Below are positions 49,401-59,000 of a stretch of DNA of 64,000 nucleotides, piece by piece (the stretch's first letter is position 1; the number at the start of each line of letters is the position of its first letter). The stretch comes from a virus (taxonomy: Duplodnaviria; Heunggongvirae; Uroviricota; Caudoviricetes). Location of the stretch: IMG/VR virus record IMGVR_UViG_3300020451_002055, one strand, 5' to 3'. The position numbers and the translations under genes are program-made. The notes under the pieces were generated by a model, which was not told the DNA's origin, did no database searches, and saw nothing but the letters and a program-made list of their open reading frames with translations.

Positions 49401-51889
49401 ATAGCCAAGAAATCGCCCGTTAGGACCGTAAAGCCATTGTATTGATCATTGGCAGGCCAAAGGGGAGTGCCCGCGCTAATGAAACCTCCGCCTGAAAACA
49501 GAGAGAGATTTGTAGCAGGCTGCCCGCCCGTGCCATTGAGAGCGGTTAGATCAAAGATAAACCCGAAGAACGAACGATAAATACCTTCTGTTTGGTAATC
49601 GATATCAGTTCTAGACAACTCTTCAATAAGATCGTCTATGGTTTTATTGATGAGGCTGATCGAAAAGTTATCAGTCAGAGTTATGTTATCAAACGGATGA
49701 TAGATAATCAGGTTGTTATCTGTGATCTCTATTTCGTAGGTTATGGTAATGAACGGGAACGTATACTCAATAGCAAGGGCTCCGACATTTTCTTGCGGAG
49801 TAAATAGTAGCCTGTCATCAGTTCTGCTCTGGTTCGCAAAGGTCGTATCGATAACGAGACCTTCAGAAGTAAAGCTTGAAGCAATGAACGGTGTTGTCTG
49901 AGTTAGCTCCCATTTATCCGAAACAGGATCAATGCCTGCTGTGAAAACCGAGAACTGATCGAACGTATTGAGAAAGAAGTTCTCAAAGTAAGAAGAGCCC
50001 TTCGAATGATTGACGAAGGTGGTTTTGCCATCCGGCGAACCAGACATTGAATTGACTTTCAGGTCGAACTCATCAATATTCTCGACGGTTGCAAGAACGG
50101 GCTGCTCAGTTTCAACGATGCGATAAATGCTTCCTGACTCATCAGGATTGGTCGAGTTGACAGATACAAGAACATCGCCTTGATGCTCCGTTATGTCCGT
50201 AACATCTTCTCCAACGAATCGGATGAACTGCTGAGCTTCGATAGAAGAAAACGGAGTCGGGTCGATACTCGGGTCGTAAGAACCCTCGACCGTGTAGACA
50301 ATCCTCTTGAAGTGGCCGATGACATCCGAATCTGCCGTGGTTCCTAAATCAATGAAACGATCGCTTGTTTCTTGAACAAAAGCATCGGTTCCGTCAAGGA
50401 TAAGCTCATTCGCAGCAAAGACCTTGATGGTATCTCCCTGACCAGTGATCAAGAAGTTCTTCATTGATGTAACATCTAGAACGGCTCGGCGAACAACCGA
50501 CGAGCCCAGCAATAGCCTGACCTCGTTAGTTAGAAGGCGAATCTCTGCAAATCGAGAACCATCAGCTATAGAGATGCGCTGATAGTTACTAGAGTCAGCC
50601 GGTCCCTCAACTCTGGCTGCAACCTCCATTGTCCAGCCGGTAGCATTGCTGACTGAAGAATCCCAAAGGGAACCTGCTATGCGGAAGTTGGCAAAAGCAG
50701 CCTCGCCAAAGCTGTCGTTGGTATCGCTTGAAGCAACGCTGACGTAGTAGTCAACTCCTCGTCGAACTACATTATCAGGTATGGTATACTGTTCAGAGAA
50801 CGTCTCAACGACTTCATCAAGTACATTAGATGCTCCCGGAGCGGTTCCTATGCGTATTCTGGCAAAACGGCTGACCTTGCCCTTGGGAGAAATGACATCC
50901 CATTCAACCGTAGGGTTGACACTGTTGATGTTGATATTGTTGGCGGAGCCGTCTACTCTTACATTCAGAACCTTGAATCCGGCAGATACGACTTCCACTT
51001 CAGATGAAGATACTGATTCGTTATCAAATAGGCCGTCGCTTGGCGTAATGGTATAGAAGACCCGATCGCCGGGATTGAGATCAAGACGAGCAAACCTGCT
51101 ATCCTGAGCAGCAACAACCTCCGTGTCGTTGACAAACCAATTGAACCTGCTTTTATCATCGATCAGACGCTTACCAGTGTTAGGGTCATCGATGGCATAA
51201 GAAGCCTCAAGGATGTCATTGGGATTCGGAGTCGAAGGCAGAATCCTAACGTTGCTAACGGTAGGCGGCAACTTCTGAACAAGAACAGAGTTGCTCGCTA
51301 TGGTTGCTCCTCGCTCAAGCTGATCGACAGGCGTTACCTGAGCATACCATGTATCATTGAACTTTACATAGTCCCGCGAAATTCTTGAGTAGCCATCAAA
51401 CTGATTGAGATATACGCCGTTGCGGAACCAGCGAATATCGGCTGATGCATCCGTCTCTGGAAGATTGTAGGACAGAATGAGGTCGTCGGTCTCGGAAGGC
51501 TCTGACGGGGTAAGCTCTACATTCTGAACAAATGGAAGCCTGTTGACCTGAAAACTGAAACGCTGCCATCCGCTGATGGAGCCAGAAGAGTCCCGAAGCC
51601 GGAACTGACCATAGTAAATGACACCCCTTGAAAGGGTCTTACTGGGAACAGTAAAAGTCCTAGAACGGGCTCTGACCCATGGAGACGAGAACGTGGTTCC
51701 GTTAAAACCGTCAAATCCCCAGTTGAGGTTTGAGGTTGAAATCCTGAACTCGTAGTTAGACTGAATAACGCTGCGCCTTGGCGTTGTGTAATCCCAGTTG
51801 ATACCAACATCGCCGTAGCGGACCTCAATAGGAGTGCCACTAGCAAACGATCGGTCATTGACTGATACAGATGTAATCGTTATTGCCAT
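43466..51889 (-). CDS. giant multidomain putative virion protein (Ig-like repeats, concanavalin-like domains, several beta-propellers)
   Basis: WFRNG/WFVND Ig repeats; PDIAVD..GN.YVV / HVVWED propeller; NGLPSN.I / WVGTNQGL two-component-type propeller; duplicated SVSN..GWT domain. Confidence 0.82.
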   Translation of the reverse strand: MAITITSVSVNDRSFASGTPIEVRYGDVGINWDYTTPRRSVIQSNYEFRISTSNLNWGFDGFNGTTFSSPWVRARSRTFTVPSKTLSRGVIYYGQFRLRDSSGSISGWQRFSFQVNRLPFVQNVELTPSEPSETDDLILSYNLPETDASADIRWFRNGVYLNQFDGYSRISRDYVKFNDTWYAQVTPVDQLERGATIASNSVLVQKLPPTVSNVRILPSTPNPNDILEASYAIDDPNTGKRLIDDKSRFNWFVNDTEVVAAQDSRFARLDLNPGDRVFYTITPSDGLFDNESVSSSEVEVVSAGFKVLNVRVDGSANNININSVNPTVEWDVISPKGKVSRFARIRIGTAPGASNVLDEVVETFSEQYTIPDNVVRRGVDYYVSVASSDTNDSFGEAAFANFRIAGSLWDSSVSNATGWTMEVAARVEGPADSSNYQRISIADGSRFAEIRLLTNEVRLLLGSSVVRRAVLDVTSMKNFLITGQGDTIKVFAANELILDGTDAFVQETSDRFIDLGTTADSDVIGHFKRIVYTVEGSYDPSIDPTPFSSIEAQQFIRFVGEDVTDITEHQGDVLVSVNSTNPDESGSIYRIVETEQPVLATVENIDEFDLKVNSMSGSPDGKTTFVNHSKGSSYFENFFLNTFDQFSVFTAGIDPVSDKWELTQTTPFIASSFTSEGLVIDTTFANQSRTDDRLLFTPQENVGALAIEYTFPFITITYEIEITDNNLIIYHPFDNITLTDNFSISLINKTIDDLIEELSRTDIDYQTEGIYRSFFGFIFDLTALNGTGGQPATNLSLFSGGGFISAGTPLWPANDQYNGFTVLTGDFLAIDPYDPNPYSKTAGGKWFYSHRKPGTGWFDSVSNSKGWTVDFDVRIENIEDSDRPSDIDEPEGCGLYLNDGTYYENIYFLPQEIIVKSTGKSYPVDATTRNQYRITGQGEGLQIYVKTPTDRDFRVLAESVLTETASNEGDSSRPRVYYESGKTYVVWHDSGNANRRQVYFAEYTTEAGWSDPEAIVSEVFDAAHPDIAVDTLGNAYVVFESSRSDYTDIYAVQRSGSEWSQPFAISSNIGNSLRPRVATDNRNNVHVVWEDYRLGEPEIFYAFRDGATGNWDSGAFGTGDTQLTNGQAGSRRPALFVAGNTPYIAWTERLSNGNTIVKSGYHQGPGYPYTLQQLDALERRVANGTSVVFGGTPRIGWNTGHQGSSSTQVSLPGARADHVDIHSDPKGNIHYVWQQLVEGVWQIFGRRTSGRINLANAVVQVTTGNQDAKFPSLASDPTDNFLYCAFERSFNNPFDPYDPYVESFDDPNFGQISSKVFISRYDSSFRKWESSNSLIGTSRGGFDVEIFESDKRQSRRPVIAPDSLGNMHILYETEFAAAYNQSLSNARQFTSIRDAVFDKTWEPQYDINPDPYITDQRDLEVSGVEFRKELRFGDFSNNLGAKMIINRIRYNLDGSVGPFNIGLVTSATANIPRVNVLCSAVNNYGDAWLGTDKGLFFFDRRRDEIFAFNQDEFNINGLEIRDIAFDRASNMYLAAEDGVYLSTDHAYFVKLTGDSIPTSANSLDMDSDRTLIVGSDSGLTTIDVRPILAVIRSTQNAAPVAVQTAQTFTIDNGLPSNVINKVRIDANDVAWVGTNQGLVRFFRNSITSFTQKNGLASNKIIDIAIRNTAIRYIATTAGINKMTGISIERLDFGSAVAPPVSLRQEDAADVLIPRFNNARAIIWRDPNILFIATTHDIYQVNFGDEAFGTDAIDISRFRSNDFTLVTVDTERNDDLQTFELVGVDDLEIPDNVLYEIILNGNKITRGYRFSPSKKLLRFEYPLRNSDIVQVNIRFDVEILNRFQQNRAAQVAEGILVTEVNKMLSANGGIYALTGGDINAIQINDETTDLPFDRITLDTQPPVGRIELGEQLTRTTIQTFIRQVQSGDEYLPFDATSGVDSFVVSNFPNFTSDGDTPQPSLPFQTQYTHDLGVIFENVSTQFTFEEGVGRRLMLWQKSGEDPVMVAATSNPAQVYIYSNENQTFERRAILEDGDPNSTVEFLIQFQDRIVIGTGNPTAGQSGKVYLTLNGDDYIVAATISQPFAYCAEILNNKLYIGGGGVEGQLYSYDGQNFETEFTQISSSIFDLVAAEGELYAGTGDQGRVYRLDPKNSTSQILSTDSDPQVVSVGFAEVNGKKLVLTGSGSTALIRRSTLPDGPFISSFRTVNAPVWSMESIDDTLYASIGRTLYALQNVWNSQYTHDEDIRDIVGGAEGEVWFISDSSIQRIADEDIIRRVYLKLIDRAGNETNLFTDDAQTVLDPNLFATITLEDLVGFTNSNRILEVDEFGDTVNTVDGDDRFYSADRVDEEVGVYFSEIFNGTNGLISWDRIDWDATIPTGTSMLVEVRTGDSRDDLLDSEFEISFDGTAQTGDISFINGQYLQFRITMTSEIRDLSPSLRSVIVRSIASESTHFFTTNFLLPSRVKSGILTSTKMIPVAADVIFGFNLNNSVDFAEYQIIDENRVFTSNNEQVGSNLRVGIRLITPSRGETIAEDFGEYGPYNSLLFFNAVEFDYTNTDNESLYHFRISFYEDFARENLAYQAYSANSTAGWSADGELLLSEGVALENGESASISFVPVGDTPIACNSYYYVTVEAVDVDDNFTVLFSDRSFIEACGTTFVDEIDFDFQNETATSKDYQFRIRFYANPERTELLNTAYSGNDSTGWFVGTGGALPSDGLTIPAGGIRDLTYRPDLSIFEPRTTYYLSIDAFDGTEFVNASNSFTFRARDIDTSIYCGEYVDVPVVKNFSVMLELEGNQFITLRGSTPSS

Positions 51890-51898
51890 AGACTATAC

Positions 51899-53032
51899 TC
51901 AGATCCTTACGGATGCCTGGTTAATACGCAGCGCTCCCTCATCAACCGTAACGGTAGCTTCTGCGGACAAAAGATTGGGTCGGACAAAGCTAATTTCCTC
52001 TCGATTCGCAAAGTCCCTCCTAGACTGCCAGAGCAGACGATCGCCTTTATAGACCCTACCATCTGATCGACCAGCATAGACATTAGTACCATTGCTGAAC
52101 ACGGCTCGCAGATCAAGGCTTGAAGGATCATCAAATCCGAACATCATTGTGACCTGATCTTGATTAGATAGATCAGAGAAGGCAACAAACTCGCTACCTA
52201 GATTGATATGCCTAGCTACTATTTCAGATGAAGCTTGATACTTGTTCGTGAAGAAAAGCTCATCTATCGTTCCAAAATGATTTCGAACAAGACCGCTAAA
52301 GCCCGGAGCGGAGTCATTGATGCGTAGAGTTCTTGGAGTCAGGTTGTTTCTATCGATTAGCTGAGGTATTTCTGAACCGGTTACAATTGATGTGGAGACC
52401 CTCTTGCCATCAATATACAAAACGATCGATCGAGATGCTCCGCTGTAGGCAATGTAAAAGTGATGGAAATCGCTTGTTGAATAGGTTTCATTGCTTCTAA
52501 GAACAACGTCTCCCGTAGTGCCTCCGAGAAAGATATACATCTGATTTCGCTCGTTCTCTACTGACTCCTCAAAAATGCAGAACCCGGTTGATGCTTCATA
52601 GATATTGGTCGTGTTATTCAGTGAAATATTAGAAGCATTGATCAGAGCCAAGCGGTAGTAGCTCGTTTCGTTTGATTCAAGAGATAGCACCGGTCTAAGC
52701 CAAACAGGTCGGAGCCAAAAGCCAAGAGAAAATCGACTTCTAGCGCTAAAGTTGACATTTACATCAACGCCGGATGTAGGCCTCATCCTCAAAGCTCTAC
52801 CGGAAACTCCCTCAGCAAAAGTGGGATTTGTATTGCCTCGAATATTGGCATTGCGACCAGATATCTCATCTCGGATAGGAAGACTCTCAAACTTGATAAG
52901 GCTAGGCGCTTCTCTGTTGCGTCGGAAGATTATTTCTCGAACGGACTCAGCGCTAACTGTAGCAGAGCTTGCTATGTCAGATACAAATGTTCTTTGGTTT
53001 AGGTTTGCCATATCATACCTTTGAGAACTCAA
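51899..53032 (-). CDS. LamG/concanavalin A-like domain protein (putative structural)
   Basis: EGVSGRAL, FSLGFWLRP, DFHHFYIAY, LYIDG, GTIDEL. Confidence 0.82.
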   Translation of the reverse strand: MSSQRYDMANLNQRTFVSDIASSATVSAESVREIIFRRNREAPSLIKFESLPIRDEISGRNANIRGNTNPTFAEGVSGRALRMRPTSGVDVNVNFSARSRFSLGFWLRPVWLRPVLSLESNETSYYRLALINASNISLNNTTNIYEASTGFCIFEESVENERNQMYIFLGGTTGDVVLRSNETYSTSDFHHFYIAYSGASRSIVLYIDGKRVSTSIVTGSEIPQLIDRNNLTPRTLRINDSAPGFSGLVRNHFGTIDELFFTNKYQASSEIVARHINLGSEFVAFSDLSNQDQVTMMFGFDDPSSLDLRAVFSNGTNVYAGRSDGRVYKGDRLLWQSRRDFANREEISFVRPNLLSAEATVTVDEGALRINQASVRI

Positions 53033-54539
53033 GAGTCAAGGCAAGTCTATTATTCTCTTGTCCTGCATTATCATCGTCCAGTTCTCTCTCAATCCATATG
53101 TAGATTGCTTCTTTGGGGCCTAGCGTGGTCGAATCCCTTTCCCCGGAGGTCGATCTCTGTCCTCCAACATCAATGCTGACTCCAGAGGCAAAGCCATCTG
53201 CGCTTTGAAAATCCTCGATCAAATAAGGGGGAGCTATATCCGGACCAGTATTGTTTGCAACTTGAGGTTTGGTTACTCCGCTTGGTATTCTCTGAGATGG
53301 AGCAGTATCAACGTAATATCTATCTCCCGATGCAGGCACGAATGGCAAATCCTCATCAAAGCTGAACGTGCCCGTTGCTCCGTCGTATGCGGTTACAACT
53401 CTAGACTGACCCGCATTTTGTCCTGTCGTGAACACGACCGGAGCAGTCACATAGTGATCGTCTGCAAGATCATTCGCAAGAGACGAATCAACTACAGAGG
53501 AAAGCGTTCCGCCTGTCGCTGAAGAAGATCTGTATTCGCTTCTAGGGATTTCGATCGAAAGATTCCATCTCGACCCATTATTTCTACTAGGTATCTTGAC
53601 ATATACCTCTGCTTTTCTTGCATTTAGGCCGCTAGATTCATTGCGAACTGCAATGCATCGATATTGACGCCTATCCTTACTGAATCCTGAAGTGAATACG
53701 CTGTTCTCTGAAAGACCTCGGACAACAGCGCCTCGGAAATGGACTCGCAGAGGCGTGTCAAAAGCATTTCTTGAAGAAACGATTGCAGTATTACCCGTCC
53801 ATGTTTCTACCTGAATGATTTCATCTTGAATCTGTATATAGTCGTATGCGGTCAGAGAATCATCAGCGCACTCAATCTGCCTATCAGTAAAAGAAACCTC
53901 GGATGACAATGTGGTAGACGGTATAACTTCGGTTGGACTAATAAAGCCGCCTATAGACTGAGCCGGGTTGGACTGAGCCAAGTTCGGCTCAACGCTGGTT
54001 AGGTAATACTTGATCTGAGGCTTGATGTCAACGGGTTCAGGCGGATTGATTTCTCCGATATCAAGGCCAGAGAAAAAGTACGACCATTGATTAGTGGCAT
54101 CGAAGATTCCGCTCTTAAGAAGAGAGTCAACATCTGATAGCTCAAAATTATTGAGAACATTCGCTACAACGCCAGGAACATTGCTGATCAGATCAGCGAG
54201 TTCGATCAGAGCCATGCCTTCTACTAGAGGAATCTGTATCGGATTGGCTAGATCTCCATTGACTGTTCTGAGCCATCCGTAAAATACCTTACGACCTCCC
54301 GTGCCTTCTTGAACGCTAAAGTAGGCATCGGTATAAGGGGAATACGGGTCAGCATTATTTGAGTATGCTACTCTAAGAACAGCGTCATTCGTATCAAGAT
54401 CAGCCGTTGGGTCAAATGCATCGAAGAGGACTTCATCGTCCTCTACATCAGGAAGCAAATCTGAACTATTGGGCGGAGATGAGGTCTGAGGACTAATAAA
54501 TCCTCCGCCGACTCCGCTAGGCCCGCCGAAACTACTCAT
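53013..54539 (-). CDS. putative phage structural protein
   Basis: SIGGFIS..., YRCIAVRN, GQSRVVTAYDG...PASGDRY, L.P.E..YIWIER modules resemble phage virion accessory proteins. Confidence 0.7.
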   Translation of the reverse strand: MSSFGGPSGVGGGFISPQTSSPPNSSDLLPDVEDDEVLFDAFDPTADLDTNDAVLRVAYSNNADPYSPYTDAYFSVQEGTGGRKVFYGWLRTVNGDLANPIQIPLVEGMALIELADLISNVPGVVANVLNNFELSDVDSLLKSGIFDATNQWSYFFSGLDIGEINPPEPVDIKPQIKYYLTSVEPNLAQSNPAQSIGGFISPTEVIPSTTLSSEVSFTDRQIECADDSLTAYDYIQIQDEIIQVETWTGNTAIVSSRNAFDTPLRVHFRGAVVRGLSENSVFTSGFSKDRRQYRCIAVRNESSGLNARKAEVYVKIPSRNNGSRWNLSIEIPRSEYRSSSATGGTLSSVVDSSLANDLADDHYVTAPVVFTTGQNAGQSRVVTAYDGATGTFSFDEDLPFVPASGDRYYVDTAPSQRIPSGVTKPQVANNTGPDIAPPYLIEDFQSADGFASGVSIDVGGQRSTSGERDSTTLGPKEAIYIWIERELDDDNAGQENNRLALTLEFSKV

Positions 54540-56008
54540 GATAAGTCAACCTCAGTAAATGTGGCATTGTCGTAAACGATGATCTTAGTCGAGTTTCTCA
54601 GAATGATGTAGAGTAAGGCGTCATCAGAGTATAGCTTTTCGATAGGAGCATTGAAGGTTTGAATTAGATTGACAGCGGCTTCATCATAGCGGTAAAGCAT
54701 GCCGCCAACCGTTCCAATGTATAGATTATCGCTGTAGTTCTCCATGCTTATGACCTCGGATTGACTCTCCTCTAACTCGATGACAGGAGCAGGACCAAGC
54801 CCTGAATCTCGATAAATCAAAGCTCTTCCATCGTCTGTAGCAACAGCTATATATACGGTATCGGTCAGCAGAGCGAGAGCGTTGATATCTTCGTTCGTTC
54901 TCAGTATGAGAGAAGCTCCGCTGTTATCGATACGATAAAGGCCGGGTTGACTTTCATTGATAGCTGCCCAAACGACATCTCCTGTAGCAGTTCTCTGAAG
55001 AACGATGTCGGAAATAATCGAGTTGTCTCTTTCGAAACCCACTCTAAAGGGTCTCTGAATCTCAGAAGTCCTATTGCCTCCGTAGTCTTGAAACAAGACT
55101 TTGAGAACCTTGTCTCCATCGCCTTCATCAAACGTGTAATACTTGATCTCGGCGAATGCCTCTGCAGGACGATCTATGTCCTCGCCTTCGCCCTCTGAGG
55201 TATTAGTCCGCTCGATGAAGCGCATAGCATGGATGCCGGTGGTTTCATCAAATGCGAACAGCTTGACAGTAACGTCTTCTTCGCGAGTAAACTGGTCTGC
55301 ATTGTTGATCTGAACAAAACCGGTAGGAGGCTTAGTGTCAATCAAGAAAAAACCCTCATTGAAGATGGATACATTCTCAATATTGGTCTCTTGAGACTTA
55401 TTGCCATCATCATCCGCCAGATAGGTAACAATGACGTAATCATCTGCTGGCGGCAAAGAAGAGGTATCCCATATGATAGGTCCAGTGCCCGGAGGGATAC
55501 CCTGAGCAACAGGAGTATATGGAACGCCCGCCTTGTTAGACCTGAAGTATATGTAATACTTTGCCCTCTGACCAAATGTATTTAGAATAGCAGAGTCATC
55601 AAAACTGATCTCAACTGAACTGCCATATCGGGCTCCCGGCAGAGGAGACAAGACAGCAGGAGCAGGTGGTTGTTCTCTTCTAAGAGAAAACAGGTCAGCG
55701 GATACTGAAAACTCGCTTCTCTCTCCTCTGATGTTGACCGACCTGATAGCAACTTTGCATCGCTGACTTTTAATGCTGTTGCCTATTTTCCAGTTGAAGA
55801 AGTTATTACCAGCAGGCAATACTGCAATCTTTTTCCAATCTGGTTCATCAAGCTGATCATAAAACTCGCTGTAGAACACTTCATACCAAACCTGCGTCAG
55901 ATCATTGGAGGGCTGCAGAGGCTCTTCCCATTCGATCTTGATCACGCGGCCAATAATGTCTTCGCGGCCGTTTGGGTATAGGAGTGTTGGTTTATTAGGT
56001 CTTGCCAT
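54536..56008 (-). CDS. FN3/Ig-like plus beta-propeller putative structural protein
   Basis: P..P.LLYPNGRE, IIWDTSSLP, DTKPPTG.V.IN, FQDYGGN, LYIGTVGG. Confidence 0.75.
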   Translation of the reverse strand: MARPNKPTLLYPNGREDIIGRVIKIEWEEPLQPSNDLTQVWYEVFYSEFYDQLDEPDWKKIAVLPAGNNFFNWKIGNSIKSQRCKVAIRSVNIRGERSEFSVSADLFSLRREQPPAPAVLSPLPGARYGSSVEISFDDSAILNTFGQRAKYYIYFRSNKAGVPYTPVAQGIPPGTGPIIWDTSSLPPADDYVIVTYLADDDGNKSQETNIENVSIFNEGFFLIDTKPPTGFVQINNADQFTREEDVTVKLFAFDETTGIHAMRFIERTNTSEGEGEDIDRPAEAFAEIKYYTFDEGDGDKVLKVLFQDYGGNRTSEIQRPFRVGFERDNSIISDIVLQRTATGDVVWAAINESQPGLYRIDNSGASLILRTNEDINALALLTDTVYIAVATDDGRALIYRDSGLGPAPVIELEESQSEVISMENYSDNLYIGTVGGMLYRYDEAAVNLIQTFNAPIEKLYSDDALLYIILRNSTKIIVYDNATFTEVDLS

Positions 56009-56011
56009 TTA

Positions 56012-59000
56012 TTATTCCTCAGGAGGCGTCTCAAGAGGACCGTCGCCGCCGCCTGCCCATTGGCTATTGCCTCCGGTTTCGCCGATGTCTTCCTTGCCCC
56101 TATTATCGACGCCAAACCTGTTCTTCTTGTAGTATGCAGGATTTCCGAATGATCCTCTGACATCATCCTCGCTATAGTTCTCAATAAAGAGATCGAGGTT
56201 GTTGAGAATGGAAATGCTCTGATCCAAGTTTTGCGGAGACAAGAGACGTAAGAGCCTTTCGTTCTGATCAGCAACCGAAATTGGATTGCATTGACCCGGA
56301 ACGCTGATCAAGATAACCGCCAGACCGTCAACATTGACAACGGTATCGTCTTCCTCAACGATAAATGAACCGGAATAAATGCCATCCGATTGCTTCGTAA
56401 GCGGAAGATTTAGCTGGTCATTCAGCCCTTGCTGGTAGACGCTAAAAGTCAGACCGGAAAGAGATGAGTATCTATCAAGGGAACGAACTCGCTCTAGAAG
56501 TTCAAGCCTTTCCGGGTCATCAAAGGTGACTCGGAGATAGATAGTATTCTGATCTTCCTCTGCAACCTCCTCTGAGATGGACTGTAAATTCTCGTCGGTG
56601 ATTCGAGTTGCAGTCTCCTTGTTTCCAAGAACCGGGTAACTATTGTATGAAGCAACTGGGTTCTCAAAAGCTTCATCATAGAAGAAGTCGATCTTATATC
56701 GAAGCTGCTTATAGATAGCCTGGAACTCAATGCAGAACTGCTCCGTCTTGCCAAAGTAAGTAAGAATCTCGCAACAAACCCTTTTGGTCCCATTGCCTTC
56801 CGAAGCAATCCATGGAGCTATGAAGCGGTCTTTCGATATGAAGTATCCTCGGAAGAAGTCTCGCTCGGCAGCAGTACCGTCAGTATCGGTGCGCTGTTCT
56901 GGAAGGTTTGGGCCAATAGGTAGCCATTCGGTGAAATCATCATCTTCTTCGTTCTTGAGACGGTAAGCGTAGGTGCCTGGAACTCCGATGATATCAAGCT
57001 CGATGAAACAGTCGTTGACAACCGGTATTGGGCTGTCGATATCAAGGTAGGTCGAGTATACGACATACTCATCTCTGACTCTCATCTTCTGATACTGCTC
57101 GATGTCCCGCTCCGGACCGGCGGTTACATAGTAGAACGTCTCGTCCGTGCCATCAGTGAACATGCATGGAACAATAAGGTCTGGATTGAAAGCTTCGTAA
57201 GCACAACCAATACTGCATCCTTGATGGTAGACCTTGGTTCCGTCATGAAATGCGGTATTGATGTTCTGGAACGGGTCAATGAATACCGTAGCATCATGAA
57301 GGACAAGGTTTGTCAGATCAGGCTGATCTGCGTCTGCCGATTCTGCGAAGTACGTCATTCGTCGATCGTAGCTGCCTTGAGCAGACGAGTAGAACTTGTC
57401 TTCAGCAGCATTGTAAACGCCAAAGAAGTAGTCCGGAGAAAGAGCAGGCTGATCTGACTGCATGCGGGTAAAGCGATAGTCTTGCCATGAGATGTAGAAC
57501 AGGTCGTTCCTAGCGGCATCTACCCTTGCATTGATCGCCTCTCTATCGGTTTGCGTTATGCGATAGTCGTCAAAGCCCTGACCACTGCAAAGCCAACTCA
57601 TAGAGTCCTTATCTTCTCGCCAAATATCCGCATCCGTCTGACTGCATGGGCAAAGGAACGAGCCTTCTCGGATTGTAGTAAACGCTCCCTCGTAGAATCG
57701 CTCGATCTTGTAGTAATAGTTGACACCGCAAAGCAATGGCTTCTTGAATACAGGATTAGCATTAGCATCTGCTGGCAATACAGCAACAGAAGAGAGGTAA
57801 GACTTGTCTGCCTCTGAGTAGAAGTCTGCCGCAATGCGTATGGTCTCAAGGTCGCCCAAGACCGTTCGGAAATCGGTTTCGGTAGCAGCAGAAAAGCCTC
57901 CGCCGCCTGCAGGTTCATATGTCCAGTTTGAAGTGCCCGCCTGAAGGGGCAGAGAGAACTGAGTGTATGAACTGTTGCGATCCGGCCTGCTGGACGCAGT
58001 ATAGCGAAGCGTTGCTCCGCCATTAGCCTCTAGATCAACGATTAGGTTCTGAGAGCCAGCAGAAGGACTATAACCGACATCGAGTCTCATCGATATTTCG
58101 AGCTTGCCTCCGTAATGGCCTTCGAGATCTCCGGAGAACTTTGGCGGAGCAACAAACCATGCGTCGGAAGGAAGGCTATCAACATAGCTCAAAGCTCCGT
58201 TACCATTGTCGTTTTCCCATGTAGCCTGAACCGTGCCAGAGGCGTCTTCGACTTGCCAATCATCGGCCCCAAAGGTAAAGAAGCTTGATATCGAGCGCCT
58301 ATTGTCCTGAGCGCCCTGATCCTCGAACTTCTCAAATGGCAAAACTTCCGGGTCGAAACCAATGGTGATTGTATCGTTCTCGGTGACATCTACGCCATCT
58401 GCGGGAAAACCATTCGGGCCAAAAACCCAACCGTCTGTATCGAATAGCGTAAAAGCAGAGTAGATTGTAGACTCCATATCGCTATCTGCGAAGAACGAAA
58501 TACGGAAATGAAGATCATTCTGAGTCAGGTCGTTGTTGTTGAAGTAATCTGTCTCGATAGCGCATCGAGGCGACTGCTCAAACGGGCAATGGTAAACGAA
58601 GTCTGACGATCCGCTAACTTCGGCTAGCGGAGCAACAACAACCCTAATCGAGTCGATGAGGTTACCAGAAACCGCCATAGTTCCGGAGATAGTTCTTCTA
58701 TCCGCGGAAATTCTTAGAACGTCAGTCTCGCTATCAAGTCCGCCAGTGGAAGCATCAGTAGCATAAGTTATGTCGTCTCTGCCGAGAGTTGGGTTTGTTT
58801 CGGAAAGAGATGAGTTACCTGCATAGATTGCCAAGATCGGCCCCTCGAAAGTAATCGAGAAGTCGCCCGTGCCGCCAGAGGTTGTTGGATCATACTGCAG
58901 GTAATAAGAAGCAACGATCTCACCCTCCTCAAAACCTTGCAATATACCAGAACCTCCAATTGCAAAGTCCGGAGTGCTTTCAGACTGCCCTATAGTGTCA